A stretch of DNA of 64,000 bases, taken from Lingula anatina. Its lineage: Eukaryota > Animalia > Brachiopoda. Of the stretch, positions 46,001 to 59,515 are shown piece after piece. Below the pieces are notes generated by a model that saw only the letters and a program-made list of their open reading frames with translations, did no database searches and was not told the origin of the DNA. Numbering within the stretch: position 1 is the first letter of the stretch; every line of letters starts with the position of its first letter. A program made the translations under genes and the position numbers. The stretch is taken from positions 23,174,225 to 23,238,224 of the forward strand of contig CM120640.1 of NCBI GenBank assembly GCA_051362555.1, in the 5' to 3' direction.

Positions 46001-49000
46001 CTATTTTCGATTGCAACTTTTTTCTAGTTCTTATGATTGAACACTCGAATTGATGTAAATGTAAAAAATGGTTCAGATGGGATTATTTTTAGGCAATGCT
46101 GTTTTATGTTATTTATGCCTTGTTTTGTCCTGAAACTGCAGACAAACTTTTTTAAACAGGTTAATTTTTTCACCTTTTGAGAGACTGAAATGCATGAGTA
46201 GGTCATAACCCTTTCGGACTTGATACAGATGCTGTATTTTAATGATACTAAATGATATGAATTGTCTTATTTTATCATTTTAGTCTGAATTGCCATTAAA
46301 TTGAAATACAGTTAATTCTTGAATGTAATACTATTAAGTATAATGCATTGTAATAAATCAATGGTAAACCTGTGAACCCCTAAACCAGACACTCAAGCCA
46401 CTAGTATGTGGCAAGGGCCCTATTTAACAGCGGTTTTCTAAGTGCTTGGCATGCCTACAAAATTTTACCAAGGTTATTAAGTGGTTCAAAGTCATAAAAC
46501 ATAATTATTTTCTACCTTGGTTTTTAGTGTTCTTTTTACTTACATTTTTTTTTTTTTTGGTGTTTGAGTACGTCTAAATTATTCACTTTGTGGTCAGAAT
46601 TGTTCTGACATTTAAGATTATTAAAAAGGTATCTTGGATTAGTGTTAGGGGTGGCATTTTGGAATTTTGGGGCCTGTCAGGTATACAGAGTGCTACCTCA
46701 TCCTATCTGCATTAAATTCCCATCAGACATTGACTTCTGCTACTGTCCACTTGCGCTCACTACAAAAATACATGCGGAAAGAGATCAAATAAGCGATATG
46801 GCGAATGGTGCGCACACTGTATGGGCCGTGTTTGTGGTAGGCCGAGGTAAAACAAAACAAATAGATTGAGGAAAGGGATAGGTGACTGGACCAGTAAACA
46901 GGTGATTTGTGGTTGGAACGGAAGCCGGATTGTGAAATTCTTAAAACAGTTACAGTACAGCGTCACTGTGCCACTGTTCAACATTGGAAACATTGATTCC
47001 TATCATCTTGATGGTTACTGTCAGAGCATCATCAACATACTAAAGGTGTGGGGACATAGTCACCACAGTTAATTACATTTCCTATTTCTATGTTTTCTTT
47101 TTTGCATATGCTCTCCTCCCCCACAGATCATCATTACACAAGTTTTCCTGTTAAAAAAATTTTTTTTGACAATGTTTTTTTTTTCTTGTTATGATGATTC
47201 ACAAATAAATAGAAGTGGTTGGACAAACTAAATGTAAATAATTTTAAAGACTTTTTGAGATCAGTATTGATTTTAAGGACTGGTTATAGTGTTATAATAG
47301 AACATAATTATATGTAAGAAAGTATTGTGATTCTGTGTTAAAGGTAAAAGTAAAAAAAAAAAAATAGTTAAAAGAAGAGAAATGCAAGCAGTTTCTTTTT
47401 AACTCAAATTAAACCATTTGTTGTTTTTTGTACAATAGTAACCCAGCAAAAGTTACTGAAGTAGTTTTGTTGAATGTGAATGTAACTCTTCACGTGTTTG
47501 TTATTTTTGGACACAGAAAAACAAAAGATGACCACAAACATTCATAAAGATGATGACATTTGCCATGATCCAAAGATAAGATATTGGCGTCTACAGTGCG
47601 TTTGTCTCCCTGGACATGCCCATATATGGAAGATACATTGCTTAAAACTGTCAACAAGTAAACAGATGTTTATAGAGATACCAGCTGAGTAATCTAACAG
47701 TAGTCCGATCATCAGAAAGATAGGTCATAAGTTAACGGTAAAATGGTTTTGGTCGCGTCATATCTCTGGTGTGCACTAGGTGGTACTGGCTTGGGAGATG
47801 GAGTCACTGATTACCCGGGGTATGGGGCGGTGTGGAAAGTGAACCTGTCCTGAGAGGTCACTCCTTGGTCACACCTGGTCACTCCTATTAAATTGATCTT
47901 TGTAAGTGTGACTGTTTCTTTGAATCATACAATCATTGTCTTTATGACTTTGAATTCCTAGAGGAACTTAAGTTTTCTCTTCCTTTTAGAAGTTTGAATA
48001 GACCTGGAAAAGATTTTCATGAAAAAAATCCAGATAAATTCATTTTAGGAAAGTTCTTTGAAATAGACAAATCAGTGCTTTTTAAGAAAACTGGAAAATT
48101 TGTGTTGTAATTAAAAGTAATGAAGAAAAAATATATAAATGGAGCATAACACTTATTTTTGTATATAAGGTCAACTGAAGTAAATGAAAATAAATGATTG
48201 CTATTGCTGAAGAAAACCCATTTGCGGGCAATGATGGTACCACTTCTGACACAATATCCTATAGATTCAAAGAAACAGCAAAGGAAGGGTATTGTTGAAT
48301 TGGATTTTTTGCAATAAAAAGCTCAGTATATTAAGCCATAATTTGACACAAATATCAAAATTAAGGACACATACTCTAATGAATGGATCTAGGAAAAATT
48401 TAGATTCATTGAAAAAGGAAAAAGAGCACCATCTTTTTTATGATCAGACAGTATTTCAATGTTTACTTGAAATTTACAAGGAGAGGTTTCATGATAGAAA
48501 TGCAGGTCAAATTAAAAAATTAACATTATTGGATTGACCCAATAACACACACAAACTGTATTTGTGTTTGAGTTTTGAACATGAATTTCTGTCAAATTTT
48601 ATGCCTTCTTACGTTTGAAATATTGTTTAGAAGGTTATCTGTACTTGGCAAGTAACAAACTTGACTGATAAAAATGTACTTATTCCTTTTTAGTATTCAA
48701 AGGTTAAAAATGTACTTGCTAAGCAAGAAATCCAGCAATTCTCAAGCTTCAAAAATAAATATTATATTATCATGTTCATTAGTTGGCCGAGGAGTGTTCA
48801 GTGACATATAGTATGCTTTCTGTTTATGATAATAGCCTTTATTTTCTGTTGAATCACTCTCCTTAAAAATTGTTTTGCAATACATTACTTGGTACATACA
48901 GTCACACAGTGTTATCATTGTAGGTGAAACCAAAAGCACACATTTGAATAGTGTATTTTAATTTGACCATTTGATATTTTAATATATTTTAATTAAAATA

Positions 49001-52000
49001 CTACTGCTACTATTATAACAGTTACTGTTGATACCAGACTATTAAATATGTTTCATTGAACAGATTTCAGCTCACTTGTCATTGAGTTTTGACTGTCATG
49101 TTAAGTACTAGTACTTGAAAGAACTTTGTATCACTGCAAGTATACAATATTATAAGTTAAAGGAGAATTCTAGGGCTTCTGGGATCTGAAAAGGACTCAA
49201 ATTTATTTTTAAATGATTTGCAGTCTTTTTCTGTGCATTTTGGTGGCTTCAGGGGAAGTTGAAGTTAGCGGCTTCTGCCAGCTTTAAGTTATTGCCGCAT
49301 AACACTCACTTATCTGCCATTATCTTTGACCCCACTCTCCTCCAAACTCATGAAATCTTGCTCATTTTGGAGACTTCAGCTATGATTTCCATTATCCTCT
49401 TTTATGATGTTGTGCTTTCTTTCTTATCATATTGTAGGTTATTTTATCAATATAATCATTTTTAACTCAAAAGTACCAAGGCTTTCATTTTTATGTCATT
49501 ATCCTTACATAATTATAAAACGGAGCAAATAATTTTACTCTCTAGACAGTTGATCTTTTAAAATCATGAACATTCGAAAAAGCACCAAGTCTCCTTTCAA
49601 CAATATATAACTGACAAATAACAAAATGTCTAACCTAACAACATCTTATCTGTATCAGACTCTAGGAATCAAATGTACCATATCATGCTTTAAGCCTCAG
49701 GGTAGGCTGGAGAAGTGGGTTCATAAGTTCAGCTGGCCCAATGGCTTTAGGGAGGATTTGCATCTCTCTAGATCAGACTGTCCTGTGGACCCATACCTTA
49801 CTAGAAGTTGTGAACCCAAATCACTGAACACATGATGGTATGAAAGGCACCTATGGTAAAAGCACATGTCTAACAACACGTGATGTCAAGGCTATGGTCA
49901 GAATGATCAATGACAAAGGTGACCAATGGCCAGGGTGGGTCTGCTGACCTATTTGATGCACATGTTGTACCGGTGATATTCAAATGTTAGTAAGAATCTC
50001 TTTCTGATCTGCTAAGATTGGTCAAAGTTAGGGTTCAAAGCCCATCCCAACAATAAATAAATCATAGTCTGTCTTTTTCCTTTCATTATAAATATTTAGT
50101 TTTGTTCTTTAGATTAAAGAAATATTCTTGCATGTGTCACATTTTACTAGTATGTGAATAATATGTTTAATTCCCTCTGTCATTATACATAAATGACTTA
50201 GGACAATTATTTACAAAAACTTATGACATAATTATAAGAAGATATGTCTGTTTGAAGTCAGATATGTGAATTGAATATTATTTAAAATGCATGTTTCTGT
50301 AATCGGAAAAATTATCCATTATGATTTTATACAGTTGTAACACTTCTCAAAATACTGTCATTTAGTCATTTATGACACCCTTTCATTCAGATGCGCTCAT
50401 TTGTACCAACAGACACTGGTAAAATGTCAAAAATGACATTCAATTAAGCAAAAAATTAGAAGATGACATTGGTTTCTTGATTTGTCAGATTGTTTATAAT
50501 GCTGTAGAGAACACTTGTACATTGTTCATATCAGTATTTAAATGGGGTTTTAATGGACACATTTGACAGGGTATGCCTTACTTATATTTTTATTAAAAAT
50601 ATAACCCTCCTTTCTATTTCATTATTGTGTGCACAGGCGCATCAGCTGCTGTTTGAAATCACCATTATGGTAAATAGATGTGATTTGGATTGCATGATTT
50701 GAGGTTTTCACAGTTGCTTAATGCTGCTTTGTGGGCTATTTATAAAGCATTGGACAGGCCCCCTTCAAGGCTGCTACCCTACCCTGGATTCTCTTTCTGA
50801 CCCAATACATTTTGTCCAAATTTTATTACAGATTCACCATATCATGTCATGTTTGGATGGGTTATTTCATATATGATATGACCAGGGTTGATGTTATCAT
50901 CTAAGATAAAGTTGACATTTCACCAGTGCTGTCATTTATTTCCGACCACAAAATTATTTGTTTTTAAAAGTTTGAAGGACAATAGGTTTGCACTTGTTTT
51001 ACTCGTTTTACAGAATTCATATGACACATATGATATGTGAGCAACTACAAATCTGATGATAAAAGAAAAAGCAGGAGAAATGACACCTCAGATGACACCT
51101 TTAGGATTGATTGACATGGATTATTCAGACATTAACTATACCTCATTAAATGGTTATTTTGAGGGTTGATTGTGAAACAATAGATAAAAGAGGGGTTTGC
51201 ACTTGGTTAACATTGCTTGCACTCATGTACCAGACAGTGCAGGTGATAGCTTAGAGCAGCATTTTTATGTAAAACTTGTTACCAAGACAATTCATTTGAA
51301 AATGTCCTTAGTATTTTTAAGTTTAATCTATGATGAAACAATAAATAGGGTCCAATTGAAGGATATTGTCAAAAAAAAAAAAAAAATGAACAGTGTATAT
51401 GACTTCAAAAATTTTCTAGCCAACCATCAGCCATTCTGTCAAATGCCAAACTTAAAAATACCTGAATGATATATGTTTAAAAACATATTTTCAAACCACC
51501 CACTATAATTTTAAAGACAAGGTTCCAAATGAACTTATATTTTAAGCTATCATCTAAGTTTAAGTTGTCATTTACAATTTCACTGGAATATAGCTTTTAC
51601 TCGAAATGGCAGGTTCAAAACTAAAAGAACATCATACACTCCATCCATCTTTTGACCTGTTTATGAAAATTCTGTATGCAGATATGACAATTAAATAAAT
51701 TGACATATGAACATGCATCCCCCTCAATTCTTCCTTGAGCTACCAGCCTTTGAAATGATCAGTAAGTCCTGCAGGCTATTAGAGTCACTTAAAAGTTCAT
51801 GTACCACTGCTACGGGACTTGCATAAACTGTGATAATTGTGTAACTAACATCAGTCTTACACAATGATGTATGGTCCTCTTGTGGGAGAGTTAAATGATG
51901 TCACCACAAGGGCAATATCCTTACCTTCCGATGCCGTTTTGTGATAAAAGTACATTATTGTGTCTGTAAACTTTGAATAGCATGTGAACCTGACTCAAAT

Positions 52001-55000
52001 AAGAAAAAGACAACATATGTAATGCTGTGTTATTAGATGGTTGCCATCCCAGCAGAAGGTCATTTGAGTGAGTGGAGCCTGTCTGTATTAAGTGGAGCTG
52101 CTGCTGCTGCCTTTGTAATAATCTGATCACTACATTATGTCATGTAAACAAAATACATTGAATAAGATTGTGGTAGAAATGATATGCTGCATAGGAAATT
52201 GTATTGTAAAATATATGCATAGGTTGAAAATTATGTTATATGAGGACCAGCATAGAAAAAGGTAAATGGAAAATTATGATTAGTTTTTGCAGCAACTGTG
52301 TTCTATAACCAAGAGCATCATAAAGTACAATTCAGGAATTATCAATTTTTGATGCTGAGAATGAATTATAGAGCAATCCTTGTTCAGTATGTAAAGGACA
52401 TATAAGTTCCTGACCCATGACGGATTGTCTGAGGACAAATGAATTAAGTCAAGTTCATCTCATCACTGACTTATTAAGATCTCTATGTTCAATACTCATT
52501 GCTGAGAGCAATATAGACATTAACAGCAGAGTGGTGGTCACCTCTCCATTGACCTCACCTTGACCAGTGTATGCCATCATTGGCTACCCATGAATATTGT
52601 AATGAAAAATGTTATAGGTATGGAGTTTATAATTACCCCAGTGTTCATATCACTTATGCTCACCATTGGCTTGTGACCACCTTAGCTCTTCTAATTACTT
52701 TTCTTGTAATTATGGGGTCTGTATTTTTGAGACTTTAATATATGATTAACCTGCAACATACCTGCTTGTTTAATTCACCTTGAACTTGAAGGAATCAGTG
52801 ACTCTAGTTAAGTGTGCTTGAAGTACAATTTGGATATTTGTATTTCATGCTTGATTCTTAGCATCAGGTTTAATTATTGATATGATGATATGATACATTT
52901 TGTATGTTTTAGATTTAACATTTTATTTAACTTGGCTTATGTAAAGCATTATTTACCAGAATTTAAGCAAGATGGATGTTTTTCTTGATTCCCACCCACA
53001 ATGTATTTGGAAAGCAAGAATAAAAATCATCTGGAATAGTGTTTGCATTTTGGTTTCTTGAAGTTTATAACACTATTTAGGTTGGCAAAACTATAATTTA
53101 TCTCCCTCTCACTCCATTGGTACAATGAAATAGTCTCAAAAAGTTGCCCAGATGGAGAAGGTTGGACAAAGTGGGTCACAGTAGCTTAATTACTTTCATT
53201 ACTTGCAAGAATTGACAAAATGAGCTGCAGCACACAAAATTTGACACAATTGTCTTTTGCATGAAAGAGTTCATAATGTAAATTAAGATGATCTGAGTCA
53301 TTTTATTCAATCAACAGCTAGTATTGGAAATTGTTCTTTACATCCAATGATTATGTCTATCATTGCACCTTCAGGACTTGATTATATATAATATTGGAGG
53401 TAATTAAGATTTTTAATACCAGCTATTGATGTATGAAAAAAAATTGCTTAGACTTTAGTGCATACACTGTAACACAGCTGATGAAATCCTATTCTGAAGT
53501 AAATTAAGACATAAATAAATTGATTGGGCATCAATTGTGGCATACACTGAAAATGTTTGCTCAGATATTGTTGTGGAGACTCTTTCAGTCTTCTAACACC
53601 ATGCTCATTTTTCCATGAAAACTTTTTTCATTCGGGTTTTGCTCACTGCATTTGTAGATAACAGTGCATCATAAAAGACCAGTCATATGCTTTTTGCATC
53701 AAACATTATTGCTAGAGTCATTTCCAGATATGACATTAACTCAGTGTTACCATTTAGAATGTAAATACATAAATCATTTTTTTCAAAGGTTTTCATTTTC
53801 TGTTTATTACATAGGGTCAGGACATTCTAAAAAGCATCATGGCACCAAGACTGACCCATTGTCTACAAATTCAACACATATATCTCTCTTTATCAAAGGA
53901 AATGTCATTTCAAATACTTTGTCAATTTAATGAACAGCTAAATTTATTGTTAAATTAAGTAATCAATTTTTATCACTCCCTTTATAACAGGGAAAATGAC
54001 CATTTTAGGATGCACAGACAGTAGAAGCCACCCTTGTGGCTCAGTATCTGTTGCTTTTATGTTGGATCTAACAAGACCAAAACACTCAATGACTTAATAC
54101 CTGTACCTTAAATAAATCAGTAGTTGACAGAAAGAGTAGGAAATGTCATTTTGACTGTTTGGAGTGTTTAGGGGGATAAAGCCAACCCATGCAGTACAAA
54201 TATGATTTATTTTTATCTGAAAGTCTGATGGCTTAAATGTGAAAAAAGGGAAAATCGTCATACTGTCCCTCTGCTGGCTTAAACATTATAGCAATCAGGA
54301 ATAATCTGAAATTTAACAAAGTACATCTGTTCATTTTTTTAGAATAAAAAGATACTTTTATTACTATTTAAGATGTTTGAGTAAGCTAATGTCTGTATTT
54401 TCCACATTTCATATTTTATTTTATTAAATAAAGGGAGATGTCAAAATGATACCAAACAAGCATATTGCAGGTTTTTAACAATACATCTAAGGTAGTGAGT
54501 CTTGATTGCATTCACAAAAATATGTCACAGCAGCAGATCGATGCAAAAATGGTCAAGAGGATGGAAACTTTAGCATTTGGCAAATTAAACAAATTTTTTT
54601 CTGCTAATCTGCAGCTTTATCTCAACACCTGATGATTTTTACAGTCTGTTGACTTGAAATGCTTTATTTGAGGGCTGCACGTTTCTGCATTGGGTACCTG
54701 GATATGTCCCCAACATTCCCATTTGGGTGACTCAAACTGCAGTGCTTCAGCTAATAAATGACTAGAAACGTTTATCAGGTCAGGTGATGCTGCTGGCAAA
54801 TGATGAGGCCAGCCTTTGAATTCCAGTGACAGTCGGGGGAAAAAAATTGTACAAACCCAGCAGAGTATATTGACCAGTGCGTTTTTTTCAACCTTAAACA
54901 GATCAAATCTGGCTAGATTAGACTCAAAGATTTAGCATGGCATCCGATGTACCTGCGGTTGCTTAAACCAAAAATAAATACATTAACGTGTAAGATGTGA

Positions 55001-56283
55001 TATTTCAAAAACCTCAGCTGGTGATTCGGATAGATATAAATGTTGTTTTGATATGGTGAAAGTACCATTATGTAATTAATGAAAAAAAATAGAAAAAACA
55101 GTGACCTGTAACATATTGACGCACATGCCCATAAAAGTATATCTCTCTATTTTGGAAATTGTTTTTGCTATGATTTTTTAAAAGTGATGAATTTTTTTAT
55201 TTCAATTTTAATTGGGAAATTCTGGTATGGAATTTTTTTATTTCAATTTTAATCGGGAAATTCTGGTATGGTTTTTGTACATCAAGCCTTTTCAATATAA
55301 TTTTATTTTCAAAAGCAAGTGTATAGTATTACATTCTAAAATTTGTAAAATATTACGGTTTTAAATCTAATATGTTGAAGAATTTCATCATAGAATCTTA
55401 AATTATTTGTGCAGCATCAATATGAAAGAAAAAAAACATTCAAAACATACAATAAGAATATATCTAAATGTACATATATTGTTACTGTCTTAAGATTTCA
55501 AGTAGAGGGCTAGCATTTGTCCTTATCTCTGATGTTGGCTCTAAGCCTGGTTGCTTCTACCGGTACAAATTTAGCAGAAATGAGTGTGATAAGTATCACA
55601 GTCTTTGATGAATAGAGCGTGTGGGTGCATTTGCATTTAATAATTGTAACAGACAATAGAGAACATGACAAGACTTTACAGGGTCACTTGTCATATAATA
55701 AGTAAAATAATAAGTTCACCAGTGGTGAATGATGTTTATTTACAGCAAGGAGCTGTTAAAAAAAAACTTCCAGATACTCAGTTTTCTGAAAGTTTGTACC
55801 TAAATTTAATTAGATGCTTCATCAACTCACAGTCCTATATAAATCTTGAAGGTTTTTATTTATTTAATTTAAATTTGAACAAATGCACATGCAGAAAAAA
55901 AGGAAAATTTGCCCAAGCTTCCTGTATGCTTTAACCTCACATAAATGGAGCTTTTTAAACATATAATCAGTATGGCTGCATGTGCTTGCTGTCCTAGACA
56001 CGGCAGATGTAGAAGGGCAGATATATCTTCAGATTTGCAGTCATCCTTCTGTGCACTGATTGTATTGTTTTAGTCAGGGTCATGCCCTGTCTGGAATACA
56101 AATTGCATATTGTGCAGCAACATCAAACAAGAAATGGATTCTGTGTGACATAGAATGACTTTGTACCTTTTACCCGAACTTTTATCTTTTAAATAATGAT
56201 ATAATACAGGTGATTTGTTTGAAAGGAGGTGCAAGCATATATTGAGTTCTTCTCTGCTATATAGGAAACCCATATAAGATCTA

Positions 56284-59200
56284 CGGTAATGTGCCATGAA
56301 TTTCGAACAGTAGAAAATAATTAAATTTGGGAAAAGATCGTTCTGGCCGAAATTCATGAAATGGAGGTGCTCAGAACTTCTGAAAGTTCGAATTTCATGG
56401 AATTCTGTCAATTTTGACCGGAAGTTGTCTGTTCGTCGCTAGGCCTTCTGTTATCTTCTCCCGACGATCTATTTAGAGTTACCATAATGTATGATGTGTG
56501 AGTGTCGGTAATTGCGACCAAAGGCATACACGTACTTTCACCCGATCACTGTGTATGGCCCATAGCAGGCCCGTAGCCAGCAATTTCAAAAGGGGGGTTC
56601 TTTTTCTGAAAAAGTGGACCTTTTTTCATAAAAACTTCATGAACCTAGATCAAATTTTATCCAGAGTGGACCTTTTCCCACCAAAAGGGGTGGTTCTTTC
56701 GAACCCCCCGAACCCCCCCTGGCTACGGGCCTGCATAGATAGAGCGGTACTGTTGTCTAGGGCCGCAAAACAGCATCGTTATCAGTAGTGTCGTTTTTCA
56801 AAAGCGATTCTGGCAGCCAGAAACTAGTGTCGTTTTTCAAAAACGATCCTGGCGCTCAGAACGGGAGTGGACGGAGGGAGAGATGGTCGACGATTAGCGT
56901 CTGCCACGCCCAGATAACCTTTACTATGGAAGCTTAGTGTTACCGTTGCTCCTTTCCGTGCACTGAAACCGAGACGACAGCCGATCAGTGTCTATGGCGC
57001 ACGTGCAGGTAGCCTTCATCTGCGATAAATGTCTTCCGCGACCAGGTTCGTTGCCTTTACCGTTAAAGTCGGGCGGAGCTTTACGCGCAAATGCGTCCTC
57101 ATCTCGCCGTTCGCGGGTCGGTGTCTCCGACGCATACGTAGCCTTCCCTGCAGAAGCCGGCCTCGGCACTACGGCCTCTCCTCCGTGCGGGGAGGCCACT
57201 ACGACCGCAGATCGGTATGTGCGGCGCACAGGTAGCCTTCGCCACGGCAGCCGAACTGTGTATTACGGTCTCTCTCCGTCGTGCGCTGCGACCAAGATGA
57301 CCGCTGATTGTTGTCTGCGACCAAATATACTAGGTTTGGGGGGTGGGGGGTGGGGGGTGCAGGGCCGTTTTTTTTTTTTTTTGTTTTTTTTTTCGCTCAG
57401 GCAACTTAATCTTAACCAGCAGCAGCAACTGATTTCCTGGCGCATAGTTGCGTCAATGTACGCATTTGAAAAGCGTGTACGTTTTGTCATTGAAACCATC
57501 TTCAAACAAACGCGAGAGATAGGTAATCTAGAGTAAACCGAAAAGGCAGTTTTTATATTCGTTCAAGGGACTGGAAGATCGTCAATGGGAGATAGTGAGC
57601 GATCTGAGCGCGACAATAAGCCAATTTTCACACTAGTTCAAGGGACTTCGTTACCATATTCGTCAGCAAGAGATCGTCAGCGATCCGAGCAAGCATAGAA
57701 GCTTGGACTTTTTGTCCATGCCAGAAGGCAATTTTCATGTAGTCAGCAGGATATAGTTTGCTGGTTTGCGACAGGGGCGTAACCAGGCATACGCACGGAT
57801 ACACTGTGCGTATATAATTTTTTGGCCAACCATGATATTATTCTCTATAAATCTAGTGTACTTTTCAAGGAATATTATCGAAAATCCCCTTCGATTATAA
57901 GTTAACGTCACCTGAATGTACAAATTCTCTTTATAATTTTTTTTTTTTACTCATCTTTTAAGGTGGTTTTAGTGGTTTTAGTGGTTTTAGTAATAAATAA
58001 ATAATATGCACCATTGTTCTGACACCCTTCTCGTTTGCTTTCACAGAACTGAGGTAAACAATACTCCTTACCATCTGAAGACCGATCTTAATCTTCCATC
58101 TAGCTGGAACTTGCTTTACCTCTTAATTAGAGGGTAAAGTGCCCTTCAGCTCACAGGTAGCTTTTGTCTTGAGTGTATCGAACGCGATATTTATCTCAGA
58201 TAAAAATCTACCTGTGTGTTATTTTCAAAGAGCTGCTCCAGCAGACCTGGGGGCACTAGATAAATCTGATCATCGGGCTAAACAAGGATCCAGAGAAACA
58301 AAGGAAGATAGACGGCTTGCGACTTTTTTTAATGACGTCTTGGCTTGTCGGGACAGCCGTGGACGTTGTAAGAAATTTTCTTAGAGTAATTTGACGTACC
58401 TAGCTTTTATGATGCGTCACAGATGAATGGTACTACTTTGTAGTGTACGCTGATATTCAGTCACGACGAAACTACTTCCTAAAGCTTACAAAACACAATA
58501 AAATGTTTCTATGAACTTTAAGATACACATTCCACGCCGTATGCAGCAGTGACAAGAGTGATCTTCATCCGGGACAAAACACTAAGCAAACGACAGGCCA
58601 ATTTGTGAAAGGGGACACCTTCCGGACCTTCATACGCACGGCAACTGACAAAGCTGATTGACAAAAAGGAAAATTTCAAATTTTCAGCGAGAGATCGTTC
58701 GCAATCCGAGAGAGACCAGGAGGCAATTTTCATATTTGTTAAAGAGACTTTGTAAGCCAAAGGGCGAGACGAGAACGCAATTTTCGTATCGTCAGCGTCG
58801 CACTTCAGCGCCGAGTGAAACGAGAAAGCTCATACTCGTTCAGTGGCTTTCGTTTGCAGAAGATCGTCAGCCGGAGATCGTTCCTCGTTTGTTTTTAACC
58901 CTCCATCCCGCCCCATTGGAATTTATAATTTTTAAAAATATTTTTCATTTCATTTGTACATTTCAAGTGACTTCATTAGCGGAAGATCGTCAGCGGGAGA
59001 TCGTGAACGATCTGAGCGAGACAAGAAAGCAATAATGGTAATCTTTATTGCAGCTCTTAATATTGCTCTTTTGTTCTGTTACTGAAGTCTCTACTGTTCA
59101 CAATGCTTATGTGCGCCTCAGCAAAACTACCGATCGCTATCTCACACCGAATACTGCGGTAAAGAAACAACAGCCCGACAGTACAACTCTTAATAGATTC

Positions 59201-59515
59201 CACTGTTATCTGAATGAATGGATATGACGAAGTTGTTTAGCGTCCTAAACTAACTGTACCGATCGTTATCTTGCACCTTGGGCCGCACACGTAGTACTCA
59301 GGTAAAGGTACGCTAGGGCAACATTGCCGACTGTGAGATCTTTGTAAGCGCGAGAATAGCCCGGTGGCCGATTTTAAGGTGTACGAAATTCACGAAATCA
59401 AGATTGCGCAAAATTGCTTACTTGCCGAAATTCATGGTCCAGAAAAAACTCCAGACGGCCGATTTTAAGATCGTTCGAAATTCAAGAGCCGTTCGAAACT
59501 CATGGCACTTTACCG
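56284..59515. mobile_element. 3.2-kb non-autonomous DNA transposon with 25-bp TIRs and a TA target duplication (Tc1/mariner-pogo-like)
   Basis: Left TA|cggtaatgtgccatgaatttcgaac (56284-56308) and right gttcgaaactcatggcactttaccg|TA (59491-59515) match at 23/25. Subterminal cgaaattca(t/c)g repeats occur at both ends. The interior is GC/CpG-richer than the flanks. No transposase ORF recognised. Confidence 0.85.
56566..56733. mobile_element. Nested MITE (168 bp) with perfect 15-bp TIRs and a 5-bp TSD
   Basis: catag|caggcccgtagccag ... ctggctacgggcctg|catag. Confidence 0.9.

Noticed and set aside
55188-55271. ~42-bp direct repeat (also a 27-bp repeat at ~59728-59781)
   Set aside because: Simple local slippage duplications with no further structure.
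56924-57536. Overlapping 101-aa and 182-aa ORFs as a host gene or transposase
   Set aside because: They lie inside the TIR element, reflect local GC richness, lack DDE or HTH motifs, and the longer one runs through G/T homopolymers.
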